Below, in pieces: positions 26,966 through 37,300 of a stretch of DNA of 57,875 bases. The notes under the pieces are model-generated. The model was given only the letters and a program-made list of their open reading frames with translations, was not told the origin of the DNA and ran no database searches. Within the stretch, counting starts at the first letter, position 1. Each line of letters begins with the position of its first letter. The DNA is from a virus (lineage: Duplodnaviria; Caudoviricetes). The translations under genes were made by a program, and so were the position numbers. The stretch is taken from the IMG/VR virus record IMGVR_UViG_3300008459_000051, positions 1 through 57,875 of that record; one strand, written 5' to 3'.

Positions 26966-29900
26966 TTAGCCTCCGATGCGGATGCGGCTGTTGGCCGCGA
27001 AGGTGAGAGAGGGATAGGTATGCCGCCCAAGCTGAGCCGAGCCGCCAGAACCCGCGCGCGTCTGGATCTTGGCTCCGGCGCTGACAGACACGCCGCCCGT
27101 GCCGGTCACCTTGGCGCCGGATGCCCAAGTTGCGATGGACAGAACAAGCGTGCCACCCGTAACCGTGGTGCCGCCCGTGTAGGAGTTGCTGGTGTTGGTA
27201 AGAACCCATCTACCAGCGTCAGCCTTATTGACCGTAATGGTGCCTGCGCCCGATCCGTTGGCAGCGATAAGGAAGCTAACCGTATTGTCCGCCGTCCCTA
27301 TACCGCCAAACTGGTAGGTGCGCGTCTGGCCTGCGTTAGTGTTAGCGCTAATAAAGGCAGTTGAATGAGTTACCGCTGCTGAGCCAGAAGACTCAAATCG
27401 CGCCACAAGACCCGTACCAGTTCCAGAGATGGTGATAACCCGAGAGACGTTCTTTGCAACTGATCCCGTAAACCGCAAACCACCTGCATTGGCTGCTGTG
27501 GCATTGCCTGCTACTGAACAAGTACCCGAACTCAAGGCACTAGTAGTGCGGTAGCCAAGAGTTCCTGCGCTAACCGTAAGTGCGCTCAAGGTCATGTCTT
27601 CTGCGGCTGAATACGCCAAGTCTGCGAAGCCCGCGCCATCCTTGGTGACTGCGTTAGATGCCCCTAGGTTCAAGCGTGGCGTAATGCCGATATCGCCCGA
27701 TCCGCCAAGCACAAGCGGAGCGCCAAAGATTGCAGTCGCAGAGGACAGCGTCAAGGTTCCGGCATCTGAGTTAATGCGCGGAGTGCCGGACAGCTGAATC
27801 GCGCCTGAGTAGGTGTTGTTGCCTGCGATGTTACGCAGGCCCCCCGTATTCGGAGCAGCCGTGGTGCCCGAGCTGGAAAGTGTCAGCGCCTTAGCCGGAA
27901 GCCCTGTGAGGTTGCCCGAGGTGCCGTCCAGTTCAAGCGCCGTGAGAGTCGGAACAGTGATGCCGAAGGAGGATCCCTGGCCGATGGAGTCGTTGTTGGT
28001 CAGCCGCAGGATGCTGTTTGCCGTCGAGATCGCGATGGCTGCGGCTGCACTGGTGAAGGTGTTGGTGCCCGACAGCGTGGCCCGTGCGCCACCGTTGACT
28101 GCGATAGTGCCTGCGTCAGAGATCGTACCGCTGTAGGTGCGCGCATCGTTGCGCCCAAAGGCCAAGGTTGCGCCAGAGGCAACGACTGCGTTGGATGCGT
28201 CGTTATTGCCGAGCGTACCGGTAGCACCAGCATTGCCGATACGCAGGGTGCCGTTGGAGATCGTGTAGGTACCCGTATTGGTATTAGTGCCGGTCAGAGC
28301 AAGAGTGCCCGACTCGATCTTTTCAATAGCGCCATCAGGGGTGTTGGCTGCCAACGCAACAGTGTACGTTGGCGCAACCGCGCCTGCGCCGCCTCCAGTA
28401 AAAGTCAATGTCGGAGGCGTCGTATACCCAACGCCAGGACACGTTACAATAATGTCAGTAATTGTACTGGTCGTGATGTCATAAACACAGCGCGCCGTAG
28501 CTCCGGAACCGCCACCTCCAGAGAAGTAAACTACAGGGGCTCCGATGTAGTTAGTGCCGCCGCCTGTAATTGCAACAGAACTCACGCCAGAACCGGTAGC
28601 CGCTTCAATAGCTGCGCCAAGAACTCCAGTTGCAACCGCGCCGCCAGAGATCCTATTTCCTGCGCCATACAACCGCACAGGAAAGTTCAACAAAAACGGG
28701 CTCGTAATTCCGAGCACGCCACCCTGCAAGTTAATAGCACGAGATGCGGCAGTCGTAGTAATCGTAGCGGAGCTAAAGTTGATTCGCCCTGCCGATAGAA
28801 TATTAATTGCGTGAGTTGCGTTTGTATTAATGGTAGGCAAAATTAGACTGCCGGCGTTGTAGGTGCTGCCGTCGACAGTTAGCACCGCAATAGAGGACGC
28901 GGTGGTAGTAGCGGAGGACCAGCCAAGCCGAAGCGCACCTGACGTTAAGGTACTACCGGTGCCAATAAAGTTTATGATTGTATTAGCACCGTTACCACGA
29001 GCTAGGAGAAGTGAGCCTAGTGCCATCGTAAGTGTGCTGGAATCGCCAAAATCTACAACACCTTGCCCGAAAAATGCCCAACCAGACTGCCCGTTACTAG
29101 CGGTACTGACGGTGCCCGCTGTGTTTTTGTGGTAGATGTACTGAGAGGCTGAAACTAGGCCTGTATACCCCCAACCCAAAGCCTGCAAGTTGCCCGAAGA
29201 TGTAATATCGCTGCCGTATATCGTGCCGCCAGTTTGATAAATAGCCGTGCTGGCAGCGGCATTGTCAGAAGCGTAAAAGTTTACATTTCCTACGGTTTGA
29301 ATAGTACCGGACGAAAGATACAGCTTTGTTGTTCCCGCAGCAGATCCAATACCAAGATTATTAGTGTTTCCTGTAATACTGCCGCCAAGCACGTTTACTG
29401 TGCCGAGCAGGGTTGAACTTGTACCGGATACTGTAGCCGTTGTGCTGACGGTGCTTCCAAGCGCAGAGGAGATCGTTGCAAAATTGCCCGACAAGGTTGC
29501 ATTGCCCGTAGCACTAACGCTCACAGTATTCGTGGCGCCAGCTGCGCCGGCAACTGTAGCAGTACCCGCCACGGTAATGGTTGACGCACCACCGACCGTA
29601 AAGTTGTTGCCTGTCGAACCGGCGCTGATCGTAACTGGTTTTCTGATGGCGCCTGCGCCGGTGAGCGTAGCGCCGCTCGCTACCGTAATAGCGCCGGTTG
29701 CGCCCGTCTGCGCTGCCGTGACGTTGAGCGTAGCACCCGCGTTTACAGCCCACGCGCCCGTGTTTGCACCGGCCCCAGAGAACGTCACCGTACCAGGCGC
29801 GCTAATCGTAATCGCGCCCGCCCCGCCGATAGCCGAGGAAACCGTTTGCCCTGCCGTGGGGAACACCACTGTTCCCGCTGAATGCGTCAGGGTCGAAACG

Positions 29901-30496
29901 GAGATGGTGCTGTTGGTCAGCGTCAGGGTACCGGTGCCGGTAACCTTGCTAAACGTACCCGCGCCCGTGATCGAACCGTCGATCTGATAGGCATTGGAGC
30001 GGTTCACTGAGGCGGTAGCGCCCGTACCCACAACGATGTTGTTGGCTGCTGCGCCAAAGTCACCAGTTGTGCCGTTAGCGCCTGAAGTCAGCGTGCCGCC
30101 AGTAACAGTGACCGTTCCGGTGACCGTATTGGTGCCAGTCAGCGTCAGCGCCTGAGCACCCAACTTTGTGAACCCGTTGGTTCCGGCCAAGGGTGCCGAG
30201 ATCGTAGATGCGGCGTTGTCGACAGTGAGCGTCGGGACGCTTGCCCCGTTATCCAATGTCAAAATTGCGCCACCAGAGGTGGCAAGGACCCAGCCAAAAA
30301 AAGAAGAAGTTGGATCTGCCAGCGTTACAGTGCCGACGGTCCGTGATGTAGTGTCCAGCGTTACCGTGCGCGCAGCTGTAATGTTGTTTGTAAAGTCAGC
30401 CGCGGCACTTGCGCCATCCGCGATAACGCTACTGGCCCAGTTGGTTGCCAGCGACCAGTTGCCATTTGCGTCTACTGCCCATGTACCAGAAGCCAT
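26966..30496 (-). CDS. adhesin-like protein with autotransporter-associated beta-strand repeats
   Basis: FTKLGAQALTLTGTNTVTG, KIESGTLALTGTNTNTGTYTISNGTL, NSYTGGTTVTGGTL; no beta-barrel recognised. Confidence 0.8.
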   Translation of the reverse strand: MASGTWAVDANGNWSLATNWASSVIADGASAAADFTNNITAARTVTLDTTSRTVGTVTLADPTSSFFGWVLATSGGAILTLDNGASVPTLTVDNAASTISAPLAGTNGFTKLGAQALTLTGTNTVTGTVTVTGGTLTSGANGTTGDFGAAANNIVVGTGATASVNRSNAYQIDGSITGAGTFSKVTGTGTLTLTNSTISVSTLTHSAGTVVFPTAGQTVSSAIGGAGAITISAPGTVTFSGAGANTGAWAVNAGATLNVTAAQTGATGAITVASGATLTGAGAIRKPVTISAGSTGNNFTVGGASTITVAGTATVAGAAGATNTVSVSATGNATLSGNFATISSALGSTVSTTATVSGTSSTLLGTVNVLGGSITGNTNNLGIGSAAGTTKLYLSSGTIQTVGNVNFYASDNAAASTAIYQTGGTIYGSDITSSGNLQALGWGYTGLVSASQYIYHKNTAGTVSTASNGQSGWAFFGQGVVDFGDSSTLTMALGSLLLARGNGANTIINFIGTGSTLTSGALRLGWSSATTTASSIAVLTVDGSTYNAGSLILPTINTNATHAINILSAGRINFSSATITTTAASRAINLQGGVLGITSPFLLNFPVRLYGAGNRISGGAVATGVLGAAIEAATGSGVSSVAITGGGTNYIGAPVVYFSGGGGSGATARCVYDITTSTITDIIVTCPGVGYTTPPTLTFTGGGAGAVAPTYTVALAANTPDGAIEKIESGTLALTGTNTNTGTYTISNGTLRIGNAGATGTLGNNDASNAVVASGATLAFGRNDARTYSGTISDAGTIAVNGGARATLSGTNTFTSAAAAIAISTANSILRLTNNDSIGQGSSFGITVPTLTALELDGTSGNLTGLPAKALTLSSSGTTAAPNTGGLRNIAGNNTYSGAIQLSGTPRINSDAGTLTLSSATAIFGAPLVLGGSGDIGITPRLNLGASNAVTKDGAGFADLAYSAAEDMTLSALTVSAGTLGYRTTSALSSGTCSVAGNATAANAGGLRFTGSVAKNVSRVITISGTGTGLVARFESSGSAAVTHSTAFISANTNAGQTRTYQFGGIGTADNTVSFLIAANGSGAGTITVNKADAGRWVLTNTSNSYTGGTTVTGGTLVLSIATWASGAKVTGTGGVSVSAGAKIQTRAGSGGSAQLGRHTYPSLTFAANSRIRIGG

Positions 30497-30509
30497 CGCG
30501 GAGTCTCCC

Positions 30510-30782
30510 TTAGCTCAACGTCATGGTGATGGAGGTTCCCGTGTCAGCAAAGACAGCCGACGAGAACGCAGTCCCGGTCAGATCAGCTTGCAGATAGCTG
30601 AAGTTGCCCACCAATGACCCATAGGTAAAGATCGTGTAAACCCCAGCCCCCGTAAACACGGAGGGATCAACCTCGATGATGGTCGGGTTGCCCAGCGTCA
30701 GGGTGCCCGTCACAGCTTGGGTGCCAGTCCCTGCGGCAATAGCTGCCGCAGGGGCGTACCTCTGAACGAATACAAGCGGCAT
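30510..30782 (-). CDS. small beta-rich protein
   Basis: 90 aa, GVYTIFTYGSLVGNF; coupled to upstream gene. Confidence 0.65.
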   Translation of the reverse strand: MPLVFVQRYAPAAAIAAGTGTQAVTGTLTLGNPTIIEVDPSVFTGAGVYTIFTYGSLVGNFSYLQADLTGTAFSSAVFADTGTSITMTLS

Positions 30783-32038
30783 TACGCCTCCACGGCGGAA
30801 ATCGTGAAGTAGTTATCGGTGCCTGCGCCGGTCACAACTGCGCTGATGACCTGTCCAGCAGTCACGCTCTTCGGGTAGGTGATGTCAGCCCCGGCCACCT
30901 GGATCTTGACCGTGGCCCCGCCGCCCTGGTTCAGCGCCGTCAGGGTCAGCGCCTTGGGGGCGTAGAACTTCATGGTGGTGGCGTTGACAGCCAGCGATCC
31001 AGAAGCAAACGAGGCGATGTCGTATGCCTTGGTCGGCGTGTTGGTCAGATCCGTATAGCTGCCGCTGAAGGTCGAGAACGAAAGCAGCGGGAGGTCGCGC
31101 AGATCGTTGTACGAGCCCGAGCTGGCCACAGTCGCGAGCGAAGGCTTGCCGCTCAGGTCGGCATACGCTCCCGTGGTGGCAACCGCCGTCAGCGAGGGCT
31201 TGCCTGACAGGTCAGCGTAAGCGCCCGAAGTAGCCACAGCCGCCAGTGCGGGAGTGTTGGCAAGATCTGCGTACTCACCGCTGGAGGCGACCGTCGACAG
31301 CGAAGGCTTCCCACTGAGATCCGTATAGCTGCCCGAGGTAGCGACCGTTGCAAGAACCGGCTTACCGCTCAGGTCGGTGTAGCTTCCAGAAGTAGCGACC
31401 GTTGCCAGCCCATCCAGCTTGCTCTTGTCAGCAGCCGACATGAAACCAGCAGCCATCGTGGTTGCTGCGCTGTGCAGCGATCCGCCAGCTTGGCTACCGT
31501 GAGCGTGCTGATGGTCGACGCGGGCATAAGCAGACTGCACGCCTGCTGCTGCCGAGGAGCTGATGTCCGTAGCTGCGGTGTTGCCAGCAGCCGGGATAGA
31601 AGGCTTGCCGATCAGGTCGGCGTAGTCGCCCGAGGTCGCAATCGTGGCGAGGACCGGAACAACCGGAATCGAAGGCTTGCTGGTGAGGTCAGCGTAGCTG
31701 CCCGAGGTCGCCACCGTTGCAAAGGTCGGCTTGCCGGTCACAGAGGCCCAAGAGACAGGCCCGCCACCACCACCGCCACCGCCGAGGGCTGCTGCCACAT
31801 CCGCAACAAGCGCAACGCCTGCCGCGTTCATGTCCACAGAGCCGAGCGCCTCATCCGTCGAGATCGCAGCCACGGACCACTTGCCGTCCATGAGATCAAA
31901 GCCGCCAAGGGCAGCAACAACCACAGAGGACTCGTCCGCGACGATCCAGCCGTAACCAGGCTGCACGGCGCCGCCACCGTAGCCTGCCGGCAGGGTCTGT
32001 GCAGTTGCGCTGGTGTTCCAGATCAGTGTGCGTGCCAC
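30782..32038 (-). CDS. fibre protein with LATVATSGSYxDLxGKP repeats
   Basis: About 9 copies of a ~18-aa repeat; GFMSAADKSKLDG fibre motif. Confidence 0.8.
   Translation of the reverse strand: MARTLIWNTSATAQTLPAGYGGGAVQPGYGWIVADESSVVVAALGGFDLMDGKWSVAAISTDEALGSVDMNAAGVALVADVAAALGGGGGGGGPVSWASVTGKPTFATVATSGSYADLTSKPSIPVVPVLATIATSGDYADLIGKPSIPAAGNTAATDISSSAAAGVQSAYARVDHQHAHGSQAGGSLHSAATTMAAGFMSAADKSKLDGLATVATSGSYTDLSGKPVLATVATSGSYTDLSGKPSLSTVASSGEYADLANTPALAAVATSGAYADLSGKPSLTAVATTGAYADLSGKPSLATVASSGSYNDLRDLPLLSFSTFSGSYTDLTNTPTKAYDIASFASGSLAVNATTMKFYAPKALTLTALNQGGGATVKIQVAGADITYPKSVTAGQVISAVVTGAGTDNYFTISAVEA
31035..31410 (-). repeat. tandem ~54-nt coding repeat (7 copies)
   Basis: Consecutive repeat units in translation; boundaries approximate. 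Confidence 0.75.
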
Positions 32039-32041
32039 GGT

Positions 32042-32434
32042 CTACTCCTGAATGGCGATCTCGCCGGTATCTGGATCAATCGCCACGCCAGCCATCGAGC
32101 GGCCCAGCGTGCCTTCAATCCGCTTCTTTGCCAGAAGCGCCCGCGTCTCTGCCTTTTCGGCCAGAGATTGCGCGGTCGCCTGCTTCTTTTCCAAGGCCAG
32201 CACACGGCCCTTGGGGTCAATAGCCAGCAGGACATAGAGCTTGCTGATGCGGGCGACTTCTGCCTCGGCCTCTGCTGCCCTCTTCTCCTGCTGCGCCAGT
32301 CGCATCTCCCAAAGGTCGTGCAGCTTCACATGAGTCGGAGGCGCAGGAGCGTCAACGCCCTCAACAACAGGCGCAACCGTCACCGGCTCCGGTGCGGTCT
32401 TGCGAGTCCTGCGTGTCTTCGGCGCTGCGCCCAC
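32042..32434 (-). CDS. hypothetical coiled-coil protein
   Basis: GTG start after AAGGAGG; helical charged core. Confidence 0.6.
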   Translation of the reverse strand: MGAAPKTRRTRKTAPEPVTVAPVVEGVDAPAPPTHVKLHDLWEMRLAQQEKRAAEAEAEVARISKLYVLLAIDPKGRVLALEKKQATAQSLAEKAETRALLAKKRIEGTLGRSMAGVAIDPDTGEIAIQE

Positions 32435-32537
32435 TGTCCGCCCTCCTTCGGCTTGCCGGGGGCGGATTCCCAGCGAGCCAGTCAAAGTTACCACGGCTTT
32501 TCTGTAGCGCCTAATCGACGCTCAAAAACACTAGAAT

Positions 32538-33329
32538 TTAAGCCCGTTTGACCATCTGCCCTGTGATCGACAGCGATATGTCCGAGCTATTCAAGGCGAC
32601 TCCCAGAATCTGAAAAGCTGCTGGGAGGGTTATGCCCGCAGGGTCGGTTACAGGCAAGCCAGCGTCACCAACAAACACGGGAGCGCCTGGAATCAAGCCG
32701 GTTGCAGCACTTGCCACGATACCGCCAGTGCGAACTCGCACGGTCCCGTTGTTGTAGGCCAGCACGATGCCGAGCGCAGGCATGCGAGAAGAGTCCTGCG
32801 GAGTGGCCTTCACAGCCTTTCCGTTGGGCAGGACATGCACAAGCATCCGAGGAGTCAGCACCTCATCCGTGGCAAAGGTCTGCTCTGTATCGGTAGCAGA
32901 AGCGCCACCGCCATCTCCGATAGAGAACACCTCGGCCTGCTGCGCGAGGTCGATGACCTCCTGCTCGATCAGGATGGTCTGCTGGGTAGGGTGCTTGACT
33001 GTGCCGGCCACATCTAGGGGCTGCGCCAAGTACCCTCTAGCTCCCATGCACTCTGACGGGGACACAGGAGCGGCTGCGCTGCTCCACTCCATCTCGACGG
33101 AGACTTGCCGGCTGGAGGCTGACAGCAGCCCCGTGACGATGTAGCGACTGACGGTCCCTGGGGCGCTAGGGCTTAGTCTATGGTCGAGGAAGATCACATC
33201 TCCCCGAGCCACCATCCAGCCGTCGTTGGCCTCCAATGGATCATCCACGCTGGCCGTGACCGTCCATTCCCCGCTTGCAACGGGGGTCACCGCTGTTGGC
33301 ACAAAACCGAGGATCACGGGCCGGTCCAT
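32538..33329 (-). CDS. virion protein with C-terminal cement (DUF2190-like) domain
   Basis: ALGIV...TVRVRTGGIV...LIPGAPVFVGDAG. Confidence 0.6.
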   Translation of the reverse strand: MDRPVILGFVPTAVTPVASGEWTVTASVDDPLEANDGWMVARGDVIFLDHRLSPSAPGTVSRYIVTGLLSASSRQVSVEMEWSSAAAPVSPSECMGARGYLAQPLDVAGTVKHPTQQTILIEQEVIDLAQQAEVFSIGDGGGASATDTEQTFATDEVLTPRMLVHVLPNGKAVKATPQDSSRMPALGIVLAYNNGTVRVRTGGIVASAATGLIPGAPVFVGDAGLPVTDPAGITLPAAFQILGVALNSSDISLSITGQMVKRA

Positions 33330-33342
33330 CGACTGCTCCTGC

Positions 33343-34257
33343 CTAGAACTGCACCATCAGCGATTGCGCCTTGTTGAACCGGCGGTCACTTACTGAATTT
33401 GATTCTGCCGAGAAAAATCCGGTCGCCACGATGCGGATCTTCGGGTACGTCGCCGCCGGGTCCAGCTGCCCAACCACGCCGTAGGTCGTTGGAACGGCTC
33501 CAGCAGCATCTGCGACGGACACCGTGACCGTATCCGTAGGCGAGTTTGTAGGCGGAAACTGCAAGACGCTGGGCCGCACAAATTGGTGGGCATGTTTGGC
33601 CCCTTGTGGGTTATCCATCGTCAGGACAATCCGAGGCTGAGTTTCACGCTTGGTGTAGGTAAAGAGCGTGATGGACTGAACGGCTACACCCGCAGGGTTG
33701 GACAGATTCACTGCGAATGTCCCCAGCGAGCCCTCAACTGACGATGCTGCCTTGACAGCAGCGAGTTGGTCGATCTGAGCAACAGAGCCCGCATTGGCCT
33801 GCACCGTGACGTACCAGATCCCCGTTGAGACATCTCCAAGCTCAAAGTACCGCTCCCCTGTGTACCGCTTGGGGATGGCATCAATGAGTGCGCGAAGAGT
33901 CAGGTCCGTTACATCGACATAGCCCTTGGTAGCCGCATCCGTATCAACCGTCGGAGGGGCGATGCGGCGAATGCGAACGCCATTCACCTCAAGATCTGCG
34001 GTGGAGCGGGCTAGAGCCTGCCCGATCTTGCGCGCAGCGGCGGTCTTGGTGTTATTCCCAGGGCGTGCGCCATCTGAGACTTGGGTGACGGTAAAGATGT
34101 TGGTGAGCGGATTGACCTTTTGATTGTCAAAAAGCGCAGCCACTACATCGTTAGCCGACTCATCAATGACCACGCCTTCACCGGCAGACAATGTGCCGGT
34201 GTAAGGCAGTGGTAGTGTGGCTGGTGCCTGTGAGTTATTGCGAATGAGCGTCTTCAA
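33343..34257 (-). CDS. fibre-family protein, paralog of the 34332..39185 N-terminus
   Basis: Shared RNN..P.TLP.PYTG start and DAATKGYVD motif. Confidence 0.7.
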   Translation of the reverse strand: MKTLIRNNSQAPATLPLPYTGTLSAGEGVVIDESANDVVAALFDNQKVNPLTNIFTVTQVSDGARPGNNTKTAAARKIGQALARSTADLEVNGVRIRRIAPPTVDTDAATKGYVDVTDLTLRALIDAIPKRYTGERYFELGDVSTGIWYVTVQANAGSVAQIDQLAAVKAASSVEGSLGTFAVNLSNPAGVAVQSITLFTYTKRETQPRIVLTMDNPQGAKHAHQFVRPSVLQFPPTNSPTDTVTVSVADAAGAVPTTYGVVGQLDPAATYPKIRIVATGFFSAESNSVSDRRFNKAQSLMVQF

Positions 34258-34331
34258 GCGCGCCTCTTAGTGCTAGGCACGCCACGGTGTGCGGACGCAC
34301 CGTGCCCAGCCGCTACATATTCTCACCCGCC

Positions 34332-37300
34332 TTATGCCACGGAGCCGCTAAGGGTCCAATAGATGTCGGCCAGAGTGGCATCCTGCGATGCCGGTGCAAC
34401 CACCGTCAGAATGTCCCCTATCGACACGCTGGCGTTTGCCACGGCGCTGATCGTCGCCACCGTACCGGATGCCGCGAAGGTTGCGGTCAGCACCTGACCG
34501 ACGTTGCGGTAGACCGTGAACACTGAGGAACCAGTTGCCGCCGTGTTCGCCGTGAAGACGTGAGCGGTGCTGGTCGCGGACAGAGTGAATGCCCGAGTCG
34601 CCTTGAAGTAGAACACCGTGGCGCCTGCATCCGGCTTTGCTGCCACCATGCCAGCCACATCGTAGGGGATGGCAGCGCGAGGAGAGCTGGCCCAAGTCGT
34701 TCCGTTGCTGGTCAGGATGTTGCCGGCGGTGCTGGGAGCAACCGTCTGAACTGCGCTGGTTGCGTTGCCGAGCAGAACTGCGTTTGCGGTCAGGCTGGTG
34801 GCGCCCGTGCCGCCGTTGCCAACCGCCACCGTGCCCGTCAGCGAGATATTGGGGCTGGCGCCCCCGGAAGATGCCAAGGGCGCAGATGCAGTCACCGCTT
34901 GAATAACACCGGAACCACCAACCGCGCGCTCGACCCAAAATCCGCCCGTGTACACAAGGTCAATCGACTGCCACTGGCTCAGGGGGCGCTGCGTGACACC
35001 GCCGAGCTGAACCTTAGAGCCAACCAGCGTGCCATCATCTTGCAGCGTAACAATGTTAGCTGATTCGTTGACGATGGTAAGGCGCGTGCCGTCCGACAGA
35101 CCGGCAATAGCAATGGTCGGCGTGGAAGTCAGAACAGTCGTGCCTGCCGGCGACGAAGTGATCCGAATAACCGGCGTCGTTGCCGTAAAGGCATACGAGA
35201 CACCGGTAACGGTAACTGCCGTAGCCGTGCCGACGTCGCGGCCCGCAATAGTCACATCGCTGCTGGCTGCGCCGATAGACGTTGACCAGGCAGGCGCGGA
35301 CGTGCCACCAGCACTACGAAGGATCTGGCCAGCGGTGCCGTTGGCAAGCAGCGCATAAGTGCCGCTGGAGGTGCCATAAAACACCTGCCCACCAGTGGGC
35401 GTCGTGCTGCTGCCCGTACCGCCATTTGCAATCGGCAGAATACCGCTGACGTAGTTGGAGCCGCCCGCCAGATTGACTGCGCCATAGGAAAGAGCGCCGG
35501 CGCCCGAAACGTACAGCGTGTTGCCCGTGGTCAGCGCGCCGCCAGCCGGAACCGTCGATCCGTTGATCTTGCTCACAGTGGGGTTGGGGAAGTTGCCGCT
35601 CAGGTCACCGCTGGCCGCTCCAGTAGGAACTGCCGTATTGGTGCCCCACTCAGGAGCGCCACTTGAGCCAACCTTCAGAACCTGATCAAGCGTGCCTGCT
35701 GCCGTGAAGACATACTTGCTGCCGTCTCCATAAGCCACGCCATTGGCCGTCGGAACCGCAGTCCCGTTGGTGCCGCCGTTGGCAATAGGCAGCAGCTGCG
35801 TCCAAACAGGCGCGCCCACTCCGCCGCTGGTCAGGATGTAGCCCGAGGTACCTGCTGCCGAGAAGGCATAAGCCGTTCCCGTGCCGTAGGCCACCGCGCC
35901 AGCCGTGGGGGTTGCCGTGGCATTGGTGCCGCCGTTAGCGATGGGCAGCGAGCCACTGACATCCGAGCCGAGTGCGACAGCCCCGAAGGTCGGAGCGCCC
36001 GAGGCGTTGCCGTGCAGCACCGTCGAGCTAGTGCCAAGCGATCCCAGCGTAGAGGGGGCGCTTCCAGCACCGCCTCCCAGCATCAGAGCATTAGCCGTCA
36101 GCGCCGCCGACGATGCCATGGTGCTGCTGCTGTTGAAGTAGGGCAGCCCGCCAGAGGTGCCGCTGCTCAGTCCAGTACCGCCGTTGCCAACAGGAAGCTG
36201 CCCGCTGACATCCGACCCAAGTGCAACCGCTCCGAAGGAGGGGGTCGCGCCACCATGCAGAACAGTTGAGGTGGTGCCGCCTGCCAGCTTGCTGACTGCG
36301 ATGGCTGCGTTGGAGGCCACATCGGCATTGACGATCAGCGAGGCAGGAGCCTGCACCACGCCATCAACAACCTTCACCAAGCCCGTGCCGCCAGGAGCGC
36401 CAAGCGTGGTGTGAACATGCGACGGAGTGTTGCCGTTGAAGTAACCGGTAACCGTGCGAGCGCCAGCCGTGGTCCGCGTGATCTCCAAGCGGATCACGAT
36501 ACGGTCAGTTGCAGTCAGCACGGCCTGCTGGATGTAGACAGATGCCGTGAACAGCGCAGGGAATGCGCTGGCGGTGCTGATGTCCACATCATCCGAAGGC
36601 GACGAGGAAAGCTCCGACAGCGTGGTGCCGTCCCACTTGAACACGCGAGCGCGGAAGTAGGTGCTGTTGGGACCGCTGCTCATCATGTAGGCAGCGATGT
36701 CCCAGTTTCCAGGCGGGATGGTCGTCGCGCCGGGAAGGTTCAGATCAGTGACGAACTCGGCCAGCGTGGCGTAGCTGCTCTGGGGTGCAGTCACTGCGCC
36801 CGTATTGACCTGAGCACCCGTGTTGTAGGCCAGATCAAGCTGCTTGCCGCCCACTGCCGGCAGAGGCGCCGCACCAGCAGTCGTGTAGTTCATGTAGTAG
36901 GTGAGGCCGCCGCCTCCACCGCCGCCTCCACCGCCAGAGCTGATCGTGGCAGGCGCCCATGCGGAACCGGACCAAGCGTAGACCTGTCCCGCCGTAGGAG
37001 CGGTGGAGTCGACTGCGCGGCCTTGGATCTTGGCAACCGTAGCTGCTGCCGTGGTGCCCGAGACATCCCCGCCCATCGTCTGCGCGGCCTGATTGCCTGC
37101 CGGCAGAGTCCCGGTCACACCCGAACCCGCGAGGCTGAGTGCGCCGAATGCAGGGGTTCCTGCGCCCGCAGAGATCAGGGGCTGGCCCGAAGTGCCAACT
37201 GTCGTGTACGCCTGCGTGGTGCCGTTACCGTAAGCCACAGAGCCGGCAGGAGGCGTCGTAGCGATGCCCGTGCCGCCCTTGCCCACCGGCAGCGTACCGG

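Noticed and set aside
24658-27006. 782-aa + strand ORF
   Set aside because: Antisense shadow of the Ala-rich fibre gene; Cys/Arg-rich translation without motifs, expected from GC-rich codon bias
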